From the NCBI GenBank assembly GCA_038087875.1, contig CM075987.1, positions 21,638,001 through 21,702,000 on the forward strand: a DNA stretch of 64,000 nucleotides. The letters are read 5' to 3'. A model generated the notes under the pieces. It saw nothing but the letters and a program-made list of their open reading frames with translations, made no database searches and was not told the DNA's origin. Every line of letters starts with the position of its first letter. Within the stretch, counting starts at the first letter, position 1. Origin of the DNA: Malacoraja senta. Lineage: Eukaryota. The translations under genes were made by a program, and so were the position numbers. Positions 13,893 through 23,739 of the stretch are shown piece by piece.

Positions 13893-14427
13893 TGTGAAAG
13901 TTAGTTTCTTAAAAAAGCAGATAGCAACAACCGTTGAAGGTAGACCATGGCAATCTTTAATTAAATCGTCAGACGGAAGTGGCGAGATACAATGAGCACA
14001 AACGTTGCTCAGTGCTTCTCGGGCTCCCACTCACAGAACAAAGGCGAGTTAGCACAATTATACATTTTTCTTATCAGTAAAACACTCCTACCTAGTCTAA
14101 ATATGGCATGACTGAAAGATTCTGTAGCCTTTCACAATATAGGAAAGCTGGGTCCAAATCGAGCTCCTCCAATGACAAGTTATTACTTATCTCTGGAGCG
14201 TCAGCTATTTTTTAAATCTTGGCTTCTTTATGGCCTTGAAGAAGAACATGTTATTACTGCAGGCTGCCATCTTAATGTCTTTATTGAAAAGACAATCTGT
14301 CCTCCATATTGTGTTCCATGTAATTTACAAAGTCATTCAGACTTGGCACCGAGCCATTCTTTGTTCTACTAGTCCATGCTTTTGTAGAAGAACGACTCCA
14401 TTTTAGATTTGACTATTAGCTCTTTCA
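13893..14427 (-). repeat. 3' LTR of the ERV-like element
   Basis: 535 bp, near-identical to 19581-20126; preceded on the minus strand by the polypurine tract AAAAAGGAGAGAA (14428-14440). Confidence 0.95.
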
Positions 14428-14632
14428 TTCTCTCCTTTTTATCAAACGTGATAACATTCACAGTCCTTGATAGGTACACACAAAGGTCGCAGGTATTAGA
14501 GCAATGATTAGCTGAATGATAGAGCCATAATGTATCACAGTACCCCAAAGTCCACCAAACCAAAGGTATGGCTACCAGTTCAATAGTACCCCAAAGTCCA
14601 TCAAACCAATTGTATGGCAACCAGTTCTCACT

Positions 14633-15354
14633 CTCTTCATTGACAACCATCCTGATGAAGCTTGTTTAGGGTCGATGGATCAGGTGCCACCTGTAGGCGG
14701 TGTAATCCTTTCAGCCGATATTGGGGTTGTGCCATAAAGTTCGCACCTGTCTGAGGGTGTTGTCAGTCTCTTCGTAGATTGTTGCACAGGTGAGGTGCTC
14801 CCCCCCTCTCGTCCTGTGGTGGGGTTCATCACCTTGTAGTATCCTAGCGTATCCGTGGGTTTGGGCAACTTCTCCTAGTAGATTTGGGTGGACTGCTTCC
14901 ACATCACCACGTAGAAGCCAAAGACAAAGCTAGCGTAGATTGCAGTCTGTGTTGATGTAGAAGGTGCCATTGAAATTGATGTCGTTGAACTCAAATCCGA
15001 CAGTAAGGCCAGGCTCAGAGTTGGCGGTCTGCAGTAACTCCCTGCCCTTGTTGTGCACTACCCAGTTAGTATTGATCTGCATCGTCCCCTTTGGAACTTC
15101 CTCAGGTCCGTCTCACTGATGGCGCTGTTCTCAGGGCACATGTCATAGATATCTGGGATGCTGTTGTCAAAGTCCTTGCAGGTGTCTCCTCTGCTGTCAC
15201 CATCGGCATCGATCTGGTTAGGGTTGGGAACAAAACAGCAATTGTCCTTCTCATCAGAAACGCCATCATTGCCATCCACATCAATGTCCTGATTGTCTTC
15301 ACACTGATTAACCACCAGGTCTGAGTCATTGTCTTCCTGGATAGGGTTATAGAG
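14633..15354 (-). pseudogene. Intronless, degenerate thrombospondin (THBS2-like) fragment: type-3 Ca-binding repeats plus C-terminal L-lectin domain, inside the ERV
   Basis: Translates (with frameshifts) [114 protein letters not shown]. Collinear with THBS1/2 across several exons with no introns. Confidence 0.92.
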
Positions 15355-15359
15355 GTCCG

Positions 15360-15510
15360 TCTTTTTCAAAATGTTCAGCTTCTCTCTCTCTAGGCCCTTG
15401 GTCATACGATAGAGCTCAAAATGCTTCAAGATTGTTGATCAAATGTGGTTGTCTTTCCGAAGTTGTGACCAAAGGCTTTGCACTTCCTCCTGATCTGTAA
15501 AGATGTTCTT
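15360..15510 (-). pseudogene. Short degenerate fragment resembling the CRACR2A/CRACR2B/RAB44 coiled-coil region, inside the ERV
   Basis: [31 protein letters not shown]...[10 protein letters not shown] compared with recalled CRACR2A [22 protein letters not shown]...EKNELECALKRK. Confidence 0.55.
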
Positions 15511-15512
15511 TC

Positions 15513-16465
15513 TTCTGCATGGATCAGCTGTACATGGCACTGCTGGTAGCGATCAATCAGAAACACCTCGTTACCTCCTGGGTGGGGGCAAGGTCTTTCA
15601 CGCACCTGTTCAAGCTGCTCTTTTATGTGTTTCTTAAGTCCGTCAACTCCCCTGTAACAGCACAGTAACCCTTATACTGACATCGATACACGGTGGGGAA
15701 ATTTTCCCTTTCCAAGTTTGACTTTGGTTTCCGGCCACGTTTTTGTCCAGATTGTTTCTTCACATCCTTAATATTGCACTTCTTAACTGGTAACTTACTC
15801 TTCTTCTTCCAAATGGTTGAAAAGACTCATCTGAAGAACCATTCTTAACTTTTATTTCTCTGTCATCTTCACTTGATAAATACCTTTCAGAAAGATCACT
15901 GGACTCCAATCCATCCATAACATAATTTCTTATAGAACAAGTTGCTTCATTGCAGTTAACTGTTTTTTTAATGGTTGAGTTGCATCTTGTACCTGAACCT
16001 TTTCCCAAGAGCACTCTGTATATTCAGGATATGAGCGCAAGAACATATCCTTCTTCAATGGGGATTCCGAGTTGTCCACACACACCGACCGTAAAGTGGT
16101 TCCACTGTATGTACAAGGCTGAAAGTCTGTTAACACTGGGACAGGTTGATGCTTCGCAACATTATCACCCTCACCATTTTCAGTCACTGTTCTATTCCAA
16201 GGTGAAAAGGTTATTGAACCATCCAGAACTTCCTCCACCGAGTCCTTATTTCTACTGTATGGGCACTGTCAGCCATGATCATATTGGAATGGCGGATGAT
16301 ATTGGATCATATTGGATGATCAGCCATGATCATATTGAATGGCGGTGCAGGCTTGAAGGGCCGAATGGCCTACTCCTGCACCTATTTTCTATGTTTCTAT
16401 GTCCCTCATTCAAAACAACGCTGCGACTTGAATGCATGTCCAGGATGTAACTGTGGCCCTCTGTT
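15513..16465 (-). pseudogene. Intronless degenerate ZNF276 mid-region fragment (acidic region plus first C2H2 fingers), inside the ERV
   Basis: SSDLSERYLSSEDD...SSDESFQPF, ERENFPTVYRCQYKG, YRGVDGLKKHIKEQLEQVRERPCPHPGGNEVFLIDRYQQCHVQLIH match recalled ZNF276 (ELPTIYKCPYQGCTAVYRGADGMKKHIKEHHEEVRERPCPHPGCNKVFMIDRYLQRHVKLIH). Interrupted by a CR1 3' tail at ~16247-16402. Confidence 0.9.
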
Positions 16466-16825
16466 ATCAGAGTTCTGAACAGTGCTTCCAATTGCTAGTA
16501 TTCTGCCTGATGCACCTCTACCCCATTGCATACATTGGACTTTGTCTCTGGAACTGGTGTGCTATAATGCTCAGAACTATATTCTCCACACTAACCTTTA
16601 TCTGAAGAAGGGTTTCGGCCCGAAACGTTGCCTATTTCCATCGCTCCATAGATGCTGCTGCACCCGCTGAGTTTCTCCAGCATTCTTGTCTACCTTTCCT
16701 TTGCTCTACCTTTTTTAGGTGAGCCTGAATTGATTACAATTAATCATGTTAATCCTTTGTGTCTTGCTGACATTGAAAAAGGGTGCAAGATTCTTTAGAC
16801 TCATCATTTAGCTGTTGAATAACTA

Positions 16826-17023
16826 TTAACTGGGTTCCTGCTTAATTAATGTTTCCAAACTTAGCTCACTTGATTCAATTTCAATACGTTTGTTTTTATC
16901 TGTATTCTGGGTCAAGGGATGAACCATGGACATATGAACATTCAAATTGTGAGCCTTCTCGAACCGCTTCTCACATTGGTCACAAGCAAATCCAAGTTTA
17001 GCTTCCGTCTTGTGCTTGGTCAG
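16826..17023 (-). pseudogene. ZNF276 C-terminal fragment (last zinc finger to stop codon), inside the ERV
   Basis: Open 66 codons: LTKHKTEAKLGFACDQCEKRFEKAHNLNVHMSMVHPLTQ...IKQEPS*, versus recalled ZNF276 MTKHKAETELDFACDQCGRRFEKAHNLNVHMSMVHPLTQ...VKPEPT. Confidence 0.92.
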
Positions 17024-17066
17024 TGTTATAAATGTAAGGACAGTTGTCAGCCTTATTCAGGGCGTC
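17016..17066 (-). pseudogene. 5' piece of the thrombospondin fragment (DALNKADNCPYIYNTDQ)
   Basis: TSP type-3 repeat matching recalled THBS2 DVFNERDNCPYVYNTDQ, which lies just upstream of where the main fragment resumes. Confidence 0.8.
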
Positions 17067-17189
17067 TTGGTGCAGCGGGTGTTTCCCCAAGTCCAGCTCA
17101 TCTGGGCCAACCTCAGGATAAAAAGTAGGGCCAATAGCCCCATTGTCCTTTCTTGGTTCTCCTCCATTTATAGTCAATCGTATCAGATG

Positions 17190-17492
17190 TCTTCAATGGG
17201 AGTAATCTTCAATCTTCACGGCAATTGGTGTCGTAGTAACACCTGGTACAGTCCCCTCCAACATGGTCCCGATTTTGTCCGATCCCAGTAGTATGGACTG
17301 TATCTGTATTCAACTGGCAGTGGCGTCTGCGTTTTCAACCTCTGTGAATACAAGACTGACAAGGTTGTGCTTAATTGCTGTGCGTATGCAATTAATTCAT
17401 TGCTGTGGGCCTGTAGGTCAAAACTAACTTCCACACTCTCTAGTGTCCTAGTCATTCCCTCCACTAATCCAGAATTCTACGGGTAGTGGGGG
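17190..17492 (-). pseudogene. Retroviral integrase C-terminal remnant
   Basis: PHYP*NSGLVEGMTRTL (cf. YHPQSSGxVERMNRTL) and PCWRGLYQVLL...AVKIE (GPY/F module), internally deleted. Confidence 0.8.
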
Positions 17493-18599
17493 ATGAGAGA
17501 TCACTCTTTAACTACCTATAAGGCTGACCCTTTAAAAATAGATCATTATATTAAAAAAAAACAATTTAAAAAATATTCCCAATTGTTCCAATCTATCTCC
17601 CCAAATTTACAATTTCAAATTAACAGATTTTGTTCTGAGATAAAGGCATCTCCAATCTCCTCTAACACATCTACCTGAATGTCACGTGGCCATTGTGGAA
17701 TTCAGGTCTCTGTTTGAACTCAATTCAAAAGGTAAGAAATAAGGAAAAGAAAAAAATAATAAACCTAAAGTTAAGAGAAAACAAAGAATCAACAATTAAT
17801 TTCCATAGATTACAAGCTCATTCAATGACTTCCTATTTCATCTGACATGGAGCATTTCATCAAAAGGGGTATATATATAAATATAGCCTGTAACTTTATG
17901 TCAACTATCCCGATAGGCTTTGGGAGAAATAAAAAAAAACATAGCTAAATTCTAAACACAGTAAAATTAAGCTGCCAGTATCCTGTTATCATAGCCTTGA
18001 AAAGAATACTGAGCTTCTGTAGTCAGATAAGAGACAGAACTTGGATGAGTGACAACTCAAAAGAACACGGAGAACTATAAGAGCCAGAACTTCCTTGAAT
18101 ACTTTTGAAAGCTTTTCGGTTTTAACAAATACTAATCTTCGAACATTAAAATAAAACGAATACAAATAAAAACCAGGCAAAATATACATCAATTAAACAA
18201 ATTTAATCCGAGCGGAGTTAGCAAAAGTGGAGTAGCCCCCTCGTTTCCAAAAACCATGCAAAGCATTAGAGACGTCTCTCACTATATTAATTTTTTTTTT
18301 CCTCCCTTATCTGACAAAAGCCGTTCTGTTTAAAAGGGAATTGTTTCTATGGGAACCAATTTGCAGAATTGATGCAGAATTAGCAAGCTAGGAAATTCCC
18401 CAGGCAGATTTTGTGAACTCGGACTGGGAGGTTTGCAAAAGTTGTCTTCTTGGTTGGAGTGAGAATTTAAAATGAACAAAGGGAGTAGTTCAATGTAATG
18501 GTGGGCGTGCTAATGTTCAAAACGGGAGTGGTCTGAGCTGTGATTGGACAGTGATCCAGATTGTGTTTGGCCACCTCCCCCTTCTTCTATAGACAGAGT

Positions 18600-18966
18600 C
18601 GCCATTGCCAGACATAGGGTCTCGAGAGGTTCGAGAGGACCTAGAGAAGACGTACCGGTACCGGCTTATCAGCGGGCTCCGAACTCTTATCAGCGATTTC
18701 TTTCTCTGCCTTAGCCCTTATCTCCTATTCCTCTGCCCACTGAAATTCCATCTGAAGTACTTTCCATTCTTTTAATAGTTCTGTCTTTGTACACAATTCA
18801 ATTCCTCTTTTACAAGCATAATTCATCCAACCACCATCTCGTGTCTCCACCATATGCCTCCTACTGGTCAAGACACATTACTCAAACGTTTGGTCAATTT
18901 ATAATTCAATATAACACATGTGTTGTACAGCTGTCTTTTCATCACATTTATCCAAATTATTTCCAT
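18600..18966 (-). pseudogene. Possible gag matrix remnant
   Basis: With a frameshift reads M(G)NNLDKCDEKTAVQHMC...LTKRLSNVS*PVGGIW...ELLKEWK; position after the leader fits gag. Confidence 0.45.
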
Positions 18967-19558
18967 GTTTATCCAATCACCAAATCACATCTTAGTACAC
19001 AACTTAGTATACAAATTGTAACTAAACTTTTTTTCAGCCTGCTAAGCCCAATCCTTTATTTGTAACAAACCTTTGCAGTCTGTAAAGTCCAATCCTGCCT
19101 ACTCTCTCTGGTAGCAAATTCACAAGTCTTTTCAAAACACTGTCTCTTCAAGACACATTAACTTCTTAATACACATCATTTCAAGACACCCAGTCTTTTC
19201 AATACACAATTAGTGACAAAAACGTTGTAGTCCGTCGTGTCCAGTCCTTTAATTGTGACAAAACCTCTATGGTCTGCCGTGCCCAATCCTTTACTCATTT
19301 CCAATACACAAGCCAATCATTTACTAATTTCCAATACACAAGCCAATCCTTTACACAAGTGGTCTTACCTTCGCTCTCTGCTTCAAAGGATCTTGTCTGG
19401 AACCAGGCCAACCTCAGACTGAAGGACCTTAGTTTTTCACCGAGAGCTTCTTCGGGAGGCCAGACTGCAAAGGGTCCGACTAGAGGTCAATTTTCTCCCC
19501 TTCAGATCCCGGTCAACTGCACCCTCTTACTCAGTCATCTGTTGCTGGTTCCAGCTAC

Positions 19559-19578
19559 ATCCCTGCCGACTACAGCCA
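19559..19578 (-). promoter_or_regulatory. Primer binding site, tRNA-Ser-like
   Basis: TGGCTGTAGTCGGCAGGGAT begins 2 nt after the 5' LTR; near-complement of the vertebrate tRNA-Ser 3' end (ATCCTGCCGACTACGCCA) with small insertions. Confidence 0.8.
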
Positions 19579-19580
19579 AA

Positions 19581-20126
19581 TGTGAAAGTTTGTTTCTTAA
19601 AAAGCAGATAGCAACAACCGTTGAAGGTAGACCTGGCAATCTTTAATTAAATCGTCAGACGTAAGTGGCGAGATACAATGAGCGCAAACGTTGCTCAGTG
19701 CTTCTCGGGCTCCCACTCACAGAACAAAGGCGAGTTAGCACAATTATATATTTTTCTTATCAGTAAAACACTCCTACCAAGTCTAAATATGGCATGACTG
19801 AAAGATTCTGTAGCCTTTCACAATATAGGAAAGCTGGGTCCAAATCGAGCTCCTCCAATGACAAGTTATTACTTATCTCTGGAGCGTCAGCTATTTTTTA
19901 AATCTTGGCTTCTTTATGGCCTTGAAGAAGAACATGTTATTACTGCAGGCTGCCATCTTAATGTCTTTATTGAAAAGACAATCTGTACTCCATATTGTGT
20001 TCCATATAATTTACAAAGTCATTCAGACTTGGCACCGAGCCATTCTTTGTTCTACTAGTCCATGCTTTTGTCGAAGAACGACTCCATTTTAGATTTGACT
20101 ATTAGATTTGACTATTAGCTCTTTCA
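19581..20126 (-). repeat. 5' LTR of the ERV-like element
   Basis: By eye differs from the 3' LTR by about 8 substitutions, two 1-nt indels and a 13-bp duplication. Confidence 0.95.
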
Positions 20127-20213
20127 CTAAGACATTGCCATCCTGACATCGCCATCCTGAATCATCGCTCTGCCTTCCTTCCCCTCCTTTCCAATTTCGT
20201 ACACAAAACTCAC

Positions 20214-20371
20214 ATATTGACGAGATGGTTACAGATCTCACTGGGAAGGAAAATATCAGGGTGCAGTCTCAGCGTCTCATTATCTTGCATGTAGCACAGA
20301 GTTCCCTCGAGGTTCCACAAACAATATTTGGTACAAAGAGTCATCAGTGATTCAGGGCTGTATGAAGCCAT
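20214..20371 (-). CDS. ZER1: ZER1 first coding exon (MASYSPESLMTLCTKYCLWNLEGTLCYMQDNETLRLHPDIFLPSEICNHLVN; BC/Cul2 box)
   Basis: ATG at 20371, gtgagt donor at 20213; matches the ZER1 N-terminus. Exon acceptor (ttccacag) puts the exon start at 20451, so there is a 5'UTR portion. Confidence 0.94.
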
Positions 20372-22604
20372 GTCTGAAAGCACCCTGCACCTCTTTCACA
20401 GCCAGCGAGTGGAGCAATGGTGACTGGAGCTACACAGACATCGGGAGAGAGCTGTGGAAGATGAAAGCAAAATGAAAATCAGTCTCAGTTACAAGCATTC
20501 CTTTTTTACTATTTAAATCTAATGAAAATTTTAGACTCAAAATTGGAATAACTTCAATCAATTATAGTCATAGACTTTGTACAATACAAAAATAGCCCCT
20601 TTGGCCCGTCACGTCCACGTTGACCGAGTTTAGCTACGTTTAGTTTAGTTCATTGTCACGTTTACCGAGGTACAGTGAAAAGCTTGTGTTGCATGCTAAC
20701 CAGCCAGCAGAAAGACAATACATGATTACAATCAAGCCATCCATAGTGTACAGATACATGATAAAGGGAATAACGTAAAGTGCAAAATAAAGTCCAGTAA
20801 AGAGTTGCAGAATTGATTTAGTCGCACTTGCCTGTGCCTGGCCCATATCCCTCCAACCCTTTTCTTTCCATGTACCTGTGCAAGTGTATTTTAACCATTG
20901 TAATTGTGCACCCCTCGATCCATCCTCTGGTAACTTATTCCCTATACCCACCAGCCTATGTGAAAGAGTTGCCCCTCAGGTCTCTTATAAAACTGTTCGC
21001 ATTCACCTTAAACTTCATTGAGCTATAATGGACAAAATGTAGTGTCAGGTTCCAGGCTACAAAGCCTCCAACAACACAATGGACAACAAGAGATTGCTGG
21101 AGTCTTGAGCAAAAAACAAGATGCTGTAGGAACTCATTAGGTCAGGCAGCATCTGTGGAGGGAATTGGAAGAGGAAGTCTAAAGAAGGGTCCCAACTCAA
21201 AACTCAAAATATCATCTGCCTATTTCCTTCCACAGATGCTGCCTGACCTGCTGAGTTCCTCCCTGTTTTAACACAACAGATAACCTGAAGTTCTGAGAAA
21301 TACTGTCAGCCATGCTGGAATTGTTCTCCTTATACAAGAGAAGATTAGCACAAGCAAACAGAATTCTTCAAAGATATGAAGTGTTTAAATGAAATAAATA
21401 TTGTCCTGTCACAGATCTTGCCTGCCCTTCAAACTTTATACATTTATCTGACAGGGTGGTATAAAGCCTCCCCACAAAAGCAGGATTTCCATCAACATAG
21501 CACTCTCAATGCTGCATTTGGAGTGTTAGCCAGAACTGTGTGTTCAAGTCCCAATTGTGTCCATAATCTTCTCGTTCAGTGTTGAGCCCACTGAAATGAT
21601 TCTTTCTAAATACTGCTTTACCCAATCAATTATATGCAACCAACCACAGGACAGGATTCTACATTAAATTATATCAATCAAGACACAGATTTAATTCTTT
21701 ACACAACTAACCATGAACAGGCCAGCCCCCATTCAAGGTCTCAGCCTGAAACATTGAATATCCCTTTGCCTTCTCAGATGCCACTTGACCTGCTGAGTTC
21801 CTCCAACAGCTTGTATTTTTGCTCTAGATTCAAGCATTTGCCGACTCTGGACCCAAACAAAGATTAGATTAGGGTGGTCAACAATCAATTGTAAGGAAAG
21901 AGGGTTTGGTAGTCAACCAAATTACCCCAGTGGTTCTGTACATACCAATCACTGTCAAAGATCTTGTGGCAAAGGCAATATTTTGCATATCTAATTCCTT
22001 TGTTTGAAATGCATTTTTGCTGCAAGAAAATTTAGGGGGTAGGGTGGATTAGTTGTAAGTTAATTGTTGAAGCCTTGTCTTTCGCACATTCTCTCTCTTC
22101 CTGCCCCATCATAGTCTGTCGCTCTATCATCCATTGCCTCATGCACTCAACCTACTACCGACACACAGATACTCCCCAGCAAGTGGTGACTCCCAAACAC
22201 AAACAACCTCACTCTCTCAGTCAGAGTCATAGTTACACAGCTGTATACACTTTGGCTCAATTTGCCGACCAAGTTGGCGAAGATACATGAGCTTGAAAGC
22301 TCGAACGTGCAGACTTAAGCACAGCTTCTTCCCCACTTCTATCTGACTCCTGAAACAATCAGCTCCTTTACACCCCATTCCCAGAGGTGCTGCCACATAC
22401 TCGTATATTTAACTCCACCTCATTTGGTTATTCTCTTATTGTACTTTAATATTCTTATGCACCATTGGATTTTGCACTGCAATCTTACACCATTCTGCTG
22501 TTTTGCACTCATTGTCGTATTTATCATTATTTTATGTATATTGTTTACTCTGCGCGTTTCATGTTCATAAGGAATTTCAATGCACATATAAAATAGATTA
22601 ACCT

Positions 22605-23130
22605 ATCCATGTACCTGTCTATGTTTTTTTTTTAACATCATCAATATACCCACCTCTATCTCTTCATCTGGCAGCTTATTCCATGTACATACCACCCTGT
22701 GAAAAGATTGCCCCTCGGGTTCCTTTTAATCTTTCCCCATTCACTTTGAATCTATGCCCTCTAGTTTTTGACTGTCCTACCCTGGGGGAAATCACTGGGG
22801 CTATTCACCATATCTATGCCCCTATTGAGTTTGCATACGTCTATTAAATCCCCCCTCAGCTTCCAGGAATAAAGGGCCCAGGCTATCTTCATAGCTCAAT
22901 CCCTCCAGACCGAATAACATCCTTTTTTGGATGCTTTCCAGTTTAATGCCATCCTTTCGATAGCAAGATGACCAGAACTGTACACAGTACTCTAAATGTG
23001 GCCTTACCAATGTTTTGTAATACTGGAAAATGACATGTCAACTCCTGTACTGAATACCTTGACCAATGCAATCAAGCATTCCAAATGCCTTCTTCACCAT
23101 TCTGTCCACCTTGTATCGCCATCATAATCT
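22605..23130 (-). mobile_element. CR1 LINE ORF2 3' fragment
   Basis: VRPHLEYCVQFWSSCYRKD..KLESIQKR and GLEGLSYE motifs typical of CR1 ORF2. Confidence 0.85.
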
Positions 23131-23739
23131 AGGATGTCATCACCAATACAGCAAACCACCCAGCATCTCACTCCCCTCATGATGATCCATAAGCCAAACA
23201 GATCCGCCTCCCTGCTACAATCCCACACCTGGTTCCAAACCCTCCCCTTCTCTGACTCCCTCCCCTCCCGTCCCCGATTCCCTCTCAGGTGACTCGCCCT
23301 CTCCTGCCCCAACTCCTCCCTCCATCGACTTTCTTTGGACTACACTATCTCACTCTCCCTTCGCTGGATCCGCCTCCCAAACTCCCTTCCACCTTTCCCT
23401 CTCACCTCTCCCCACTTCCTCTCCTCCCTCCCTCTCCGTCAACCCCCTTCATCCCTCTACGATCTCCTGTCCCTTCCTCCCTCCCACCACCATCGCCCCC
23501 TCCCCCCGAGTCTCTCTCTCTCTCCGGTCCCCACACTCGTTGGCAGCCTCCGCCTCTCTAACTCTCAGGCCCCGCTCCGATCACCATCCCTCTCCCCGAC
23601 TGATGTTGTCAGGCTGGTTCCCACCACCCACTACCCCCCACCCTCCGCCACCACCTCACCCACCTCCTGCTGCTGCTGCTTCTCCTCTTCCTCTGTCTGT
23701 TTTCTTAATGTTATTTGTTTTTAAATCGTCTTCTTTTCA

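Larger units (their letters stand above)
13893..20126 (-). mobile_element. Non-autonomous endogenous retrovirus-like LTR element (class I/ERV1-like) carrying captured host mRNA fragments
   Basis: Two direct LTRs with TG...CA termini (minus strand TGAAAGA...TTTCACA); CTAA TSD at 13889-13892 and 20127-20130; PBS next to the 5' LTR and PPT next to the 3' LTR; gag-like, integrase and env remnants in retroviral order. Confidence 0.93.

Noticed and set aside
14172-14372. Duplicated 66-aa ORF (also 19858-20058)
   Set aside because: A by-product of the two LTR copies; antisense to the element, no protein features.
14633-17066. Functional THBS or ZNF276 gene nested in the ZER1 intron
   Set aside because: Fragments are intronless, partial, frameshifted and enclosed by LTRs, so treated as captured pseudogenic cargo.
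23220-23720. Proline/serine-rich ORFs
   Set aside because: Translation of a low-complexity CT-rich tract next to the promoter; same for ORFs at 34974-35384 and 37673-38089.
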